From NCBI GenBank assembly GCA_047495785.1, contig JBLDXI010000033.1, positions 992,001 through 1,056,000 of the forward strand: a stretch of 64,000 nt of DNA. The letters are read 5' to 3'. The notes beneath the pieces are model-generated. The model was not told the origin of the DNA. It ran no database searches and saw only the letters and a list, made by a program, of their open reading frames with translations. The stretch comes from Lepidodermella squamata (Eukaryota; Animalia; Gastrotricha). How positions within the stretch are numbered: position 1 is the first letter of the stretch; each line of letters starts with the position of its first letter. Of the stretch, positions 37,863 through 49,987 are shown piece by piece. The position numbers and the translations under genes were made by a program.

Positions 37863-39174
37863 TTAGGCGGTCTTGACAGCAACAGGCTTGATGTTGTTGT
37901 AGCTCGAGGTCAGGCCAGCGGTGGTCGGGAAGCCAGTCGGGTAGCCGGAGAAGGGGGCCATGCCAGCGGCGAAGGGCATCTTGTTGTACAGCTCGGACAT
38001 GATCGGCGACTTGGCGATCTCCTCGGTGGTCATCTTCGGCAGCTGGCACTCGACGACGAGGTAGCCCTCCTGGGTCAGGCACGACTTGAGCTCAACCTTG
38101 GTCAGGTCGATCTTGGCAAGGGTCTAAAAGATAAAAGAAAGCATTAAGTTAGAGTTAATTGAGATATTCTATGATTTTACTCACCTCGGGCAGGACGAAC
38201 TTGCGCGAGTACTTGCGGGAGATCTGGTGCTCCTTGCCCTCCTTGATGTCGTGGGCGGCCTCGACGACGACGGCGCGCTCGGCCTTGTTCAGGGTGACGG
38301 TGACTTCCTCAGGCTTGAAGCCCTTGAGCTCGAAGCACAGGTACAGCTGGCGGTTGCCCTCGACGTCAATCATGCGGATCGGGTTGGTCAGGGTGTACAT
38401 CTCGAGCTCCGACGACGGGCGGAAGGCGATGTTGTACAGCTTGTCAGCGGGGGTGTTGAACCAGTTGTTACCGCCGAAGGTGGTCGGGTACGAGCCGAAG
38501 GTCGAGGTCGGGAAAGAACCGGCCCAGGTATTCGGGTAGCCGCTGAAGGTGGTCGGGTAGCCATAGCTGCCAGTCATACCGCTCATCCAGCTGCCAGGGT
38601 AGGCACCGAAGGAGGTAGGGAAAGCTCCAGACCAGGTTGAGGGGAAACCGCCGAAGTTGCCTGGGAACGAGCCAGTCCAGGTGTTGGGGAAGGATCCGAA
38701 GGTGGATGGGTAAGAGCCAGTCCAGGTGCTCGGGAAAGAGCCGAAGGTCGAGCCCGGGAAAGATCCAGTCCAGGAGTTCGGGAACGAGCCGAAGGTGGAC
38801 GGGTAGGAGCCAGTCCAGGTCGAGGGGAAGGAACCAGTCCAAGCATTCGGGAATGAGCCGAAGGTGTTAGACCAGGAGTTGGCACCGAAGGTCGAAGCCG
38901 GGTAGGAGCCAGTCCAGGTATTGGGGAAAGAGCCGAAGGTCGAGGTCGGGTAGCCGCCGAAGGTGCTCGGGTAGCCGTAGGTGCCGGTGGTCATCGGGCT
39001 GGTGAAGGGAGTGGTCGGCATGTTGATCGGGCTGGTGGTGGGCATACCCGGGTAGTAGCCGGTGGTGTTCATCGGCGAGTAGTAGTCGAACTTGGCGTAC
39101 TTGTCCATCATGGTCGGGTAGCCGGTCATGGTGGTCGGGAAGCCAGACATGTGGGTTGGGCAGCAGGCGGCCAT
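37863..39174 (-). CDS. Large small heat-shock protein (HSP20/alpha-crystallin domain) A, ~416 aa, with aromatic repeat N-terminus
   Basis: Exons 38185-39174 and 37863-38123. Alpha-crystallin motifs FELKGFKPEEVTV, SRKYSRKFVLPE, LTQEGYLVVEC; C-terminal V-x-V (KPVAVKTA); strong GC3 bias. Confidence 0.88.
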
Positions 39175-39439
39175 TTTGATAACTTGGAAAGTTCGAAAAG
39201 TTGAAAGAAGAACGAATCAATAGAAAATGCTTGAAAGCGAGAGATGATTTCGATATGAAAAATTCGACGCTTTTAAAGCCTGAAACTCGCAAATAGGCGC
39301 GTGCTCTTCATAATCACAACAAAGACCCATTGTTTTATGACTGGAAATTTCTTTATCTCGATAAGCACGAGCGACTGGAGCGTGCACGCGTCTTCGAAAA
39401 CCAAAAATCATTATTACTAAATTTTTATCAAATTAAATT

Positions 39440-40003
39440 TTATTCGGACTTGGAATTTCGCGATTTCAAGCTAGCACCAAAAGCCGTAGTAGCAGAGGAT
39501 GCGTTGTTCGCGATGGAATCCATCTGAAGATATCGAATATTCTTGTTCCTTTTACTCGACCATTTTAAAGCCGATAAGTGAACTTCATGATCAGCAGGCG
39601 TGGGTGTTGAATCCTCCAATTTTCGGTCCATTTTCGGTAGTACAGCTTCATTGTTTCCTGGTGAACTTCGATGTTTTCGTTCTTTGATAGTGGTAAATTT
39701 TCCCAGCCAGTGTCTTAATGCAAAGCCTGCAAAGCCAGTGATAGTTATCATTACGCCCGCTCGTTGCCAATTGAAAAATGAGTTTCTTTGACTTGAAACT
39801 TGCGATGAAGTTTGCGAATTCCCGGGCTGAATCTGTGTTTGGCTAAAGAAGGCGCATATTTTGTAATACGGCCCCGGCATAATAACGCGACAAGGTATCG
39901 ATATGACAGGGTCTTGCTCGGCATCAATTTTCGAATAATAATTATAATAGCCCGAACACAACGCGAGTAGGCCGATAATAAAACCCGTCGCTGAAATTTC
40001 CAT
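39440..40003 (-). CDS. Orphan putative membrane protein (187 aa ORF)
   Basis: ATG-initiated ORF with hydrophobic N-terminus (ATGFIIGLLALCSG) and a second hydrophobic segment (AGVMITITGFAGFAL); no recognisable family; 3' end uncertain. Confidence 0.45.
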   Translation of the reverse strand: MEISATGFIIGLLALCSGYYNYYSKIDAEQDPVISIPCRVIMPGPYYKICAFFSQTQIQPGNSQTSSQVSSQRNSFFNWQRAGVMITITGFAGFALRHWLGKFTTIKERKHRSSPGNNEAVLPKMDRKLEDSTPTPADHEVHLSALKWSSKRNKNIRYLQMDSIANNASSATTAFGASLKSRNSKSE

Positions 40004-40205
40004 TTTTGGTGGTAAAAATAAATTGTTCCATTCAGTAATTTATTTTAAGGTAGAACTTTTATAAAACAAAGTTATCGCAGATATAATAATTAAATTCAAT
40101 AATTCTTTGCAACAATGACACCGGTTGCAAATATACGTAAATCATTAAATATTTTTTAAAGGAAAAAACATGATGAAAATTTGAGGTCGCAATTAAACTG
40201 ACATA

Positions 40206-41288
40206 CAGTGTGGTCTGAAACTAGTGAAGCTGCGACTTAAAATTCGCGAATCGTAGTTGAAAATTAAATTGAATGATGGTTATCATGTGATGGGCACATG
40301 AACTTGTATCTACGCAGTAGTTGGAGTTCATTTTCTCCATCAGCTTTTTTCATTTTCAAAAAAATTATTATTTTAAATGGAAATTGACTTTATTAAAAAG
40401 AATTCAGAAACTTGTTTATCGAAGCTATAAACTAACGCGGTTTAGAGTTACCTAATTACATATCCGTGAAGGAGACACGCAGTAAGAGAAGGGCCCTTAC
40501 CAAAGCCCGGAAGAAAACTTGAAAAAGTGAAATGTTCTAGCACAATGATTAGGACTTATTTTTGTGACAGAAAAAATAATATGCCTTTTCATACCTTCAA
40601 TTATCTCGCCTAGTTAGTTATTGAGGTGAGGCATAAGTGAAGGTGAAGACGCGAATCTAGAAAAAAGAGCTAATTCTACGTAAACGTCAAAGTATTTACG
40701 AAAGGTTTGAACTCCAAATTAATTGGAATTCTTCGGTAGAAGACGAATTTAAAGTGCCTTTTTAAGGTATTGTTGAACTTGTTATTAACAGTTTGAGAAC
40801 CTGGGAAATTTCCTTCCTTAAAATTTCTTGACCTGAAAATCTGCTTTTTTATCATTCAAATATTAGTGAATTCAGCGACATTGGCGGTAGGGACACATGC
40901 TTAGCGAAGATCCACCTGCACGATGACTCCGTAAGGGTTAGTCTAAATATGGCTTTTCTGCTTACAGGGCTATGCTTAGAGCCAACTATATACATATAGG
41001 AAAGGTCTTTGATATTTTGGGTCATCTTTCGCAGGTGCAACCAGGAACCTTCTCTTTAACATAGCATCTCCTCTCTTAATCCTTATTTCAAATTACGATT
41101 TTGTTTTTATGATTTTTAAATTATAAGGACTGATTTCCTTTTCCCCCTCGAAATTGGCCAATCAGATGTGCGTCATTGAATTGAAGTTGATCAATAGATT
41201 GAAGAAATTGATTAGCCTCGTGATCATTATCTGAAAACGCAATTATTTGAAGAAATGCGCGTTCCTTTACTATTTTCAGACCACACTG
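40206..41288. mobile_element. Non-autonomous/degenerate Tc1/mariner-type DNA transposon (~1.08 kb)
   Basis: TA|cagtgtggtctgaaactagtgaag ... ctttactattttcagaccacactg|TA: ~24 bp TIRs with 2 mismatches and TA duplication; no intact transposase ORF. Confidence 0.78.
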
Positions 41289-41670
41289 TAGGTAGAGCAA
41301 AAAAATGCCTTTTTAGCTGCGAAGCATAGAGAAAAAAGTGACTTTATGGTGCGAAATTAATAATTTTATGATAAGAATTAAATTTCATACAAAGCTCAAG
41401 CTCCAGTGCAAGCATTCTATACATTGCTCAAACAAAGAAAGATACTCAGATACTCAATAGTTGTTTTACGGCATATGTTTACTTTTCATCCCCTACGCTA
41501 AACGTCTTCAAGTAGTACAGTCATAAAGAGACATTACATCGGTCAATTCAGTGCGCTAGCAAGACAAAACTTGCAGCTGATTTCGCGAAGATTCGAGACT
41601 CAAGGATAAATTATAATAATTTGTAACTGGAATTGATTTAGCGGCTATAAATCTGAGCATTATAGCGGCG

Positions 41671-42506
41671 TTACACGGCAGCAGCGTTCATTTTGCCCTG
41701 ATCGACAATTTTATGAATAGCGGCATTGATAATTTCATCGCTGGCCAGGTAGTAGTGTCTGATTGGCGCCAATGTCTCCGGGTCAAGATCATAAACCAGA
41801 GGCTGACCGTTCGGTATTTCACGTTTTACAATGTCATCATCGCTAACATCTTCCAAGCATTTGATTATAGCCCTAACAATGCTGCCGTGGGTGCAAACAA
41901 TGACGCGTTTGCCTGACTTGATCTCAGGAGCTATGACGTCAACCCAGAACGGGAAAACACGGGAGACAGCGTCCTTCAAGCTCTCGCACCTTGGCAATAT
42001 TTTCTCGCTCAAATTCTGGATATATAGAAAAGATTTACAACTGAAATTTTCGTATTTCTCAGGGGCATTACCCAATATTTTGGATCTTTGATCATCGAGT
42101 AATGACTGTTAGCTTCGATAGGCGGAGGGCGGATGTCGTAGGTGCGTCTCCAGATTTGCACCTGATCCTCACCGTGAATCGAAGCTGTTTCTCGCTTGTT
42201 CATGCCCTGAAGAGCACCGTAATGCCGTTCGTTCAACCGCCACGTTCTAACCACCGGGATCCAATGAAGATTCAGCTCATCCTGAATATAAAACGCCGTC
42301 TTGATAGCGCGTTTTAAATAACTGGTGAAAGCGATATCGAAATGCTGGAATCCGTGATCTTTCAGCAATTTACCGGCCGCCTTCGCCTCGGCGACACCCT
42401 TCTCGGTCAAATCCACATCGAACCAGCCGCAAAATCGGTTCTCATTTGTCCATTCACTTTCGCCATGACGTATTAAAACAATTTGTCGTGCCGCTGGCTT
42501 AGTCAT
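41671..42506 (-). CDS. PGAM: 2,3-BPG-dependent phosphoglycerate mutase, ~259 aa
   Basis: LIRHGESEW..NRFCGWFDVDL, FTSYLKRAIKT, WRLNERHYGALQG, VQIWRRTYD..PPP, CESLKD, THG, IPNGQPLVYDLD. Exons 42072-42506 and 41671-42015. Confidence 0.95.
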
Positions 42507-42780
42507 ATTTTTGCAATGTAGTTAAAGATTCTAACTTCAATGCGTAACACAAATTTGAAGAATTTTTTTTGCCTCCGCTTGTGCGTTAGAAATGACCCGA
42601 TGTTAACGCATTTAATCACCTGTTTTACGCTGAAAACAAATTTGAAGCCTGGAATTCTTGTTCTATCCGTAAGAAGCTAATGCACGGACTAAATTATATA
42701 AGTAATATAATTATTTAATTATTCATCTCAAGTCTTGTTTAATAGAGATATTTCAAAACTTGCTCTAATTTTTTTTAAAT

Positions 42781-44575
42781 ATGAGCTCCGAGTTGGGCGT
42801 TGGCTTTATGGCCCTGTCAACCTCAGCGTTGCTGAAATGCACAAACCGCATATTGCTGAAATTTCTCGCATCAGCCCGATCGGAGGAGCCACTTCCTGTT
42901 CTGTATATCCTCTTGATTCGCCACGTTACAATGGCAATTTTCGCGATACCTTACGCAAAGGTGACTCAGTCGCCGTTTTTCACATTCAGCCCTCGCGAAT
43001 GGTTTTTTCTGATGGTCCGATCTGTGATCGCTTTCGGCGTTGTGCTTTCAAACAGCTTTGCTGTCACGCTAATTTCGCTGCCTGATTTGGCGACCATCAC
43101 ATCAATGACGCCCATAGTCACTTCATTCGTCAGCTGGCCATTCCTAGGCGAGAGACCGAAATTATCGGACTTTCCGATTTTCATCGTGATGCTGACAGGT
43201 TATTTCAGACTAATTAATATAATTTTCAATCAATTAGTAAATAATTTATTTAACGGAAAGTTTGCATGTCCCTGTGATATTACGTGATTTTAGCTGCTCG
43301 CAAAATATTCTAGGATTAAGGTTAGGGTTTGGTGAGGGTTGGGATTAGGATTAGGGTTAGGGTTGGGTTGGGGTCGAATATACCAATATCATTTTTCCTT
43401 TTGCGAGCAGTAAAAATCACGGACTTACGTTAAGTCCCATAAGTAAGGCAAGCAAAGAAAATGAACAGAGAGGAGTTCAGAAAATGTAGGACAAATTCAC
43501 ATCTAAGGGCCAGAAAATATTTAGAAAAATTAAAAAAATTACGAGAATAGTAATCCAGCATGACAGTTGCTATTGGGATCAAAATGCCAGGAGGCATTTT
43601 GTCCAACGGAGTAAATTATACCGAAAATTACCGAACTAGTTACCAGGTTTTTCCAAGTTTTCTCTGGTAATTTTCCTTGGTTAAATTGCTGATATTAGTT
43701 AATTTTTTTCCTTGGTAGGTTAATTTAAAAAAAATATTTGAATCTCCTACAAACAGTAGCCAAATTTAAAAATAGTTGCGCAACATTTAGGACACGCTGT
43801 ATATAATAATATGTACGGTTAGCTACGGCTATGTACGATTACCCTTAATTTAATTTAATTTAATTTTGATAAATTATTTCTAATTTTTTAATTTCGTATA
43901 ATAAGCGACCTTAATAGAATTTTTTAATCAATTTTGATTACTCTTCGAATTATCTCCTTACAGGCGTTCTATTCATCATTCAACCCCATTTTATCTTTGC
44001 TGGGTCTGGAAACTACTCGCCGCCGAATGTCTTAGGAGTGGCACTAGGCGTGATTTCAGTGTTCGGAAAGGTAAAACGAGATAGCGGTAAATTCGCCACC
44101 CTTTAATCGCTTGTTACAGTGTATGATCCATACGAGCGTGCGAGGGCTTCGCCAGGTCCCGACAGCCAGTGCTAATTTCATCTACGGCATGGTTTCTGCG
44201 ATCATCTGCATAGCCGTCAATATGGCTTGGGATCCGACGTTTCCCCCTTGCTCGGTCTTGATTCGCTCGGAAACTGTTTTCAGCGGGTTGCTGTTTTCAG
44301 TCGACATTGGGCTGAGTAAATTTGCAGGTCGATTCTTACCAGCGCCTTTCATATCGCTGAGCGCCGGGCTGGAACTCGTTTTTCAACTCCTGATTCAACT
44401 AATTTTCTTCCATGTCGATGTTAAAGTGTTCAACCTAGTTGGAGCTCTCATTGTGATATCAGCTTTCGGCCTCATTGCCGCAAGAAACTTTCTGGTCGGA
44501 ACTGCTACTAAAGGGCATCGTGAAATGTGGATGGAGGAGCAGCAGAATTGTTTCATAAAATTTTTGACTATTTAG
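42781..44575 (+). CDS. SLC35G/EamA (DMT superfamily)-like transporter 1
   Basis: Multi-TM protein; LPDLATITSMTPIVTSFVSWPFLGERP..GVLFIIQPHFIF is typical of the first EamA repeat, and LELVFQLLIQLIFF..NLVGALIVI of the second; 3 exons (~42781-43198, ~43964-44070, ~44120-44575). Confidence 0.85.
43283..43421. mobile_element. Small TIR element enclosing degenerate TTAGGG repeats (intron 1 of transporter 1)
   Basis: cgtgattttagctgctcgcaaaa (43283-43305) pairs with ttttgcgagcagtaaaaatcacg (43399-43421); the interior is taggattaaggttagggtttggtgagggttgggattaggattagggttagggttggg. Confidence 0.7.
43433..43799 (+). mobile_element. Tc1/mariner-type MITE family copy (left end truncated)
   Basis: Begins gtcccataagtaaggcaagcaaagaaaat and ends gcgcaacatttaggacacgctg|TA; matches 57860-58164. 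Confidence 0.7.
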
Positions 44576-47500
44576 ATAGGTATATGGTTATGGTCAGGCT
44601 AAGCTTGAATAAAAAAACCGAGCAGGGCATCTCAGAATCAATGGCCCTAGACGAACTGTGTTGTAGTCATCATATTTCGTTCATCACATTTTTCCGCCTA
44701 AAAGCCTAATCTTTTCTCAGCTTCGAAAACAACAAACGCAGAACTCGATCGCAGGCAGTTACCGTGGAAATTGGTATTTCTACCAAATGAGGATATTTTT
44801 AATAAATTGTCTTGAGAAAAATCGAGAAAGAATTTTCCCATCGGCGAAATTTGCCTTCAGAATTATTAACGCTGTATCTCTATTCAAATATTTGTTCAGA
44901 AACAATTGTTTCTCCATTGGCATGAGAGTGAGTTGACATTACATGATGCCTCTATTAAAAATTTGAAACCCTGAAAAAAACTAGCGATGATAGCGGCCTT
45001 TACGCTAGCTTTTACATTGGGTTTTATTTAACTGCCCAAATTACGGCAAAAGTACCGTTGCGGTCGTAACTAAGTATCGTATATCGTATCGACACTAAGT
45101 TTCGTTATTTTGTACCGCAACTCTTGTGGTTAGATAATAACCTTACTTTATTACGTCACTGCCGGCATTTGGTACCGAATCGAGGTTAAAAACTGAAGCA
45201 AAAGGCACTTTTAAACAACCGCAAATCAAATCATTATTGGGATTTTCAAGATTTCGATTGGAAAATGGCTTCAGAAACCGGATTAATGCACGAATTACCA
45301 CTGGTTATGAACAAAACAATATTATACTATATCGGCATAATTATGCTATAAAGCGTCTAGTTGAGATGAAATAACCGAAGGGCCTTAAACAGCCTTATAC
45401 ATCGTTAGCGACGCGCCAAAACAACCATTTGGATGACTAATTCGATCGTACTTTGACGAGCCGAACGTAAAGAAGGAGTACATTCGGCTTATTTGAGCCA
45501 TTATCGTACTTATCGTAATTTCAATTTACGCTCGCAGGCTTAAATGTTGCAGGGCCATTCTGATTACGCGCGCCTATGATCCCGGCTTCGCTACTGCAGT
45601 GTGCGAAGTAGGATCCGGGAGCTGACGTGTATTTTACTTGTTTACTAGGACCCAGCCGAGAAGTTCGGCTAGATAGAGCGGATACCTCTTCGGATAGAGC
45701 GATACTATAGCTCCAAGTTATTCTGATTTTTTTTTCTGAAGCTAATGCAGTTGGTTGCGTTGTGAGAAAGCAGTTATCTTGCTCTATGCCGGTTGAACCG
45801 CCCCTTCCCGGTCCATCCTCCACAACTCGCAAGTTCGGAGTGGGTCCAAAACACCCTACCTGTTGCCAACAGAGCCTATGAGTCTCCTATGGGCTATCAT
45901 GGTTTACCCCGCAAGTTTATCTCTTTTCTTTTCACTTGACATGCAATATGACTAAATTTGAAATTTGGTTACTATACCTTGTCACAAAACGTGGGTTCAG
46001 CTCTTAACCTACTGGAACACTACACCAGTACTTACAAAAATGAATTCCTTAGATGAATTAGGTACGGATTACGGTAAGTTGATCGTTCTTTGAGCATGAA
46101 TTCAGAAAAAATCGGTGAATTAGGATTCTCACAGGGCCCTAATTGAGGAGATTTCACAAGCTCGAAACCCATACCCCAATTAGGTGTATGAAAATTACTT
46201 ACTCAAAATTGGCGGTAACTGGATACATTTGCAACGCAAACCCGAAACGAAAAACGAAAAACCAATTTATTCTGAAATCTTTATACTTACAATCATCTAA
46301 TTACATTTTTTGTGGCGATTGAGCTAGACCTCGTTGACTCTTGGGACTAATACTGTATGGACTCGACACTATAGCCACTTTTCAGCAGGACAGGAAAAAA
46401 TCAATAATTTTGATGTGAGAAAATCACATGAAAAAATGCGTTTTCAGCAAATTAAAAGCACCATTTTTACGCATCCGCCCATTAAATGGCCAAAATTAAA
46501 AGAAGTTTACCGGGGGAGCCATATATACCCGCGCCATTATGTCAGCTATTGAACAGGTCTTTACAGATATAGATACAGCTAACCAAGAGCTTTGCAATGT
46601 TACCGAATACAAAGTTTATGAAATTGTTAAGTTATTATTATGACTTTTTTCAATTTTGCAGAGAAAATAATTATTTTGTGAGGAAATAATAGTGAGGCAA
46701 AAAATCTTTTCTTCTCTCAATGAGTAGGTTCATGAATATTCTCTCATTTTTTTCTTCATAAATCAGCGTAAATAATGGGGTTCTATTTTTAGACATTTTC
46801 ACACTTGCTGTTTGAAACATTGTTTTGGCTTAGTAAAAACAGATTCTATTAGGTCGCTATTTATACCCTTGCATAGCTCACTTGTTGGAGAATACAGTCA
46901 TCCAAGTTATACAGCAATCGAACTGACAGGTAAATTTAGATTTGGCTCCACCGTGAAGAGACTCCGATTTTTTCCAATGTAATGGGCGCATTTGACGTTT
47001 TATGAATGCGTGAAAATGGCTCTCATAAAACGTCAATTTGGATTTTTTTCTCGCGATATTTGAACGACTTTGCGATCACGATTTTTTGCGTCCAGAAGGA
47101 TTTTAATGGAGAGAAGCTAGCGGTGTCGAGTCCATACAGTACTAGTCCCAAGCGTTGACTAGGCCTGCCCTGTTCAATGGCCAAATTTCTAAAATACCGT
47201 ATTTGCTGAAATACTAACCCGGGCTTATGCAAAACTGAAACCTCAAAAACCACCAAAAAGTAGGCTTCTATTTGAGATAGGGCTATGCAACTTATTAGAA
47301 AAAGGAGGCGCCAATAGCACCGGCGGCGCGGCACAGACGGTGTGAAATTCAAATAATAAGGCTTAATCCAGCCTTCTCATCTCATGCGGTCAGCTAACAG
47401 CGCGACATCCGCATCTCGAGTGGACCTCAAGGTCAATAAAGGAACTTTTTACCACAGCATGTGCAGTAGGGCAATGGAGAGGGATTAATCCACGCGACCT

Positions 47501-47724
47501 ATTCGCCCAGGATACAATTCGAGTTAGGAGGTAGGGCTATGCATTCGAAAAATCGGATTTACCTAGGCTTTAAACGAGACAGGGACCGAGGAGGTTAGTA
47601 TTTCAGAAAATACGTTATTTCTCCATTTTCGAAGCTATACATCGGTCCTAAAACTGAATTCATATTGTTTCCCACACACCTGGCCTACTACAAAGAAAAC
47701 ATTCGATATACAGAGAGATTCAGC

Positions 47725-48701
47725 CATAGACATAATTTAGGATAGACTGCTTACTCACGAGAAAAAGGGTGCTACGCCATGGGCACCAGATGGTCAGCTG
47801 ATTCATCAACGCTTGGAGGTAAAGTAAACAAAATATTCGATTTGTTTTTAGCTGGTTCCGTGACGATTTCGATTTTCCCAAGGGTTTGGTTGATGGATTC
47901 AGGCAGATGAAATCACGAGGAACACGCTGGTTATTTTTCGAAATTTTTAAAGAAATTTTTACTGGTATTATCGACGAAAAATAGTTTCGCAGTTACAAAT
48001 AAAATTAATTTTCGTGATCAATTACGTTGAAATTGAAGCAGTTTTTTAATGGTCCAGGTAGCCCGCATCATTGTCCACATGTCGATACTTGGAGCGAACT
48101 TCGATTATTTTTTACTGATTTTCTACGAATTTTCAAAATATCGCCAAGCCGAATTGGCATTATTTTGAAAGAAAAGCCAAACTGTGATCTTTTTCCAGCT
48201 ACACCATGTGGGTGTGGCGCACGTGCTGTCAACAAAGATTCTAGCATGAAACCTCCAGTTTTTGCATAGTTGGAGGTTGAGATTCCTCTTCTAAAATTCC
48301 TGGAAAATCAGTAAAAAATAATCGAAGTTCGCTCCAAGTATCGACATGTGGACCATGATGCGGGCTACCTGGACCATTAAAAAACTGCTTCAATTTCAAC
48401 TTCATTAACGGTCTTAATTACGTTTATTTCATGAGGGATTTTTTGATTCTTTGCATAAACTCTTTTTTGTGGCTCGAAAAATTTCGAAAAAATAACTAGC
48501 GTGTTCCTCGTGATTTCCTCTATCTGAATCCATCAACGAAACACGCGATTAAATCGAAATCGTCACGGAACCAGCTAAAAACAAATCGAATATTTTGTTT
48601 ACTTTACCTCCAAGCGTTGATGAATCAGCTGACCATCTGGTGCCCATGGCGTAGCACCCTTTTTCTCGTGAGTAAGCAGTCTATCCTAAATTATGTCTAT
48701 G
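47725..48701. mobile_element. Foldback DNA transposon (977 bp, ~400 bp inverted arms, 8-bp TSD), P- or hAT-like, non-autonomous
   Basis: gattcagc|CATAGACATAATTTAGG...CCTAAATTATGTCTATG|gattcagc; the outer ~150 bp of the arms appear identical, inner arms (~48027-48123 vs ~48303-48400) are near-identical; no transposase. Confidence 0.9.
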
Positions 48702-48899
48702 GATTCAGCTGACGGAGACAGAAATCCAGCCCGCGCGTGTGATGCATGAATCCTATAGTTTAGTTTCGGGTTTGCCAGGGTTCGAGATGACAGATTTATG
48801 TTTAGAATGCTATTCTATGTATAACTCGGAAGCAAGCGACGATGTGATTAGCCACGGCTTTCTTGGCTATCTATCAGGTCACACAGGGACGTAAAATCG

Positions 48900-49610
48900 A
48901 GATGACGATGATGATGATGATGACGGCTTTCCACCCAGTTCAGGGTTTCGCCGCTTCCACACCAGAGGCACAGATTCTTTCGGCCAGTTCTCGCCACCAG
49001 GTTCTGTTGCTGGCCAGCTCCCTCAGATGGACGAGGTCTTTGTGGCAGTTCAGACTGGGGACCCACGGCTGTCTCTTGATGTAGTCATGGTCGTTTTGGA
49101 TGGCAGTATTTAAGGCAAAGGTTTCGTGGAGATCTTTCGCGAGGACTTTCGGCAATATGATCAGGCCTCTCCAGAGAAAAGGTTGACCGAGTTTTTCGAA
49201 GTATTGGTCCATGGCGACCTGTGCGGTAGAAAAAATATTTGTTAGCAGTTTTGGGGATTTCGAAGGCCCTGGTCACGATTTTGAAATCCGTTTGTCTTTA
49301 TCTATCACTGTTAGGGCTGTACAAAAAGTGGCCGAAATTGTCCTATCCGCCCAGCTGATTTCAGGCGATTTTTCGAGCACCCTAACTTCTGTGTCAGGTG
49401 TGTTCAGTTTTGGAATTTTATATTCTAAATTACTCCCATGAATGTCCTTAAGATTCTCCCTCACTTTTATCACCGAAAACATTCAGAGTAAAAAGGTTTC
49501 AGAGGCTCAGCATTCAGATCTGAATTCAGCTTTTCAAGGGACGAATTCGGCCGGTTTGATTGAATCTCAATCCCTGAAGAGCATCGTAAATCAGCAGGTT
49601 AATCTGATAT
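48900..49610 (-). mobile_element. Degenerate 3' fragment of a non-LTR retrotransposon (RTE-like)
   Basis: Interrupted ORF ending AMDQYF..F.WRG..ILPKVLAKDL..DLVHLRELASNRTWWRELAERI resembles RTE ORF2 C-termini and is followed by a (CAT)n tail on the same strand. Family call is from recalled pattern only. Confidence 0.5.
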
Positions 49611-49614
49611 CTAT

Positions 49615-49710
49615 GTCCACGTCGAACCAGCCGCAAAAACGGTTCTCATTGGTTTATTAACTTTCGCCATTGCGTATTAGAACAATTTGGCGGAGCTCAG
49701 GCTTGGGCAT
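49615..49710 (-). pseudogene. Truncated PGAM pseudogene fragment
   Basis: Translates MPKPELRQIVLIRNGES**TNENRFCGWFDVD: catalytic His to Asn, two in-frame stops, then similarity ends. Confidence 0.9.
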
Positions 49711-49987
49711 ATTTTCACAATATGTATTCAAGTATTATTAGCAAAAATGTTAAGGCGTGTACTTGCATCCGCTTGTGTGTTATACCCACGACCCATTAGT
49801 GACGCATTTAATCACCTGTTTCACGCTGAAAATAATAATAACATTTAAGCCTCTAGAGCTCACCACGTAGCTTGGTTCTATCCATAACATAATAAAATAG
49901 AAAATAATAAAAAATAATATGCAAGCTAGATGCACGGACGAAATTAATTAATTATCAAACCTTGATCGTTCTAATTTTTTTTTAAAT

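Noticed and set aside
38460-38990. Regularly spaced ~20-30 nt repeats (gagccagtccagg, gagccgaagg) that look like a CRISPR or satellite array
   Set aside because: They encode in-frame peptide repeats of sHSP A; there are no unique spacers or cas genes and the context is eukaryotic.
37863-39174. Horizontal transfer as the cause of the GC-rich sHSP genes
   Set aside because: Both genes have host-like AT-rich spliceosomal introns and flanks, and the GC excess is at third codon positions, which fits expression-linked codon bias.
38159-39292. Multiple long overlapping ORFs over both sHSP genes (also 52332-53851)
   Set aside because: High GC3 codon bias removes stop codons from alternative frames; no independent coding signal.
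44930-47716. Short ORFs (45521-45832, 46334-46552, 47023-47352) in the repeat-rich gap
   Set aside because: Probably decayed mobile-element sequence, but no diagnostic motif or termini could be identified, so no feature was called.
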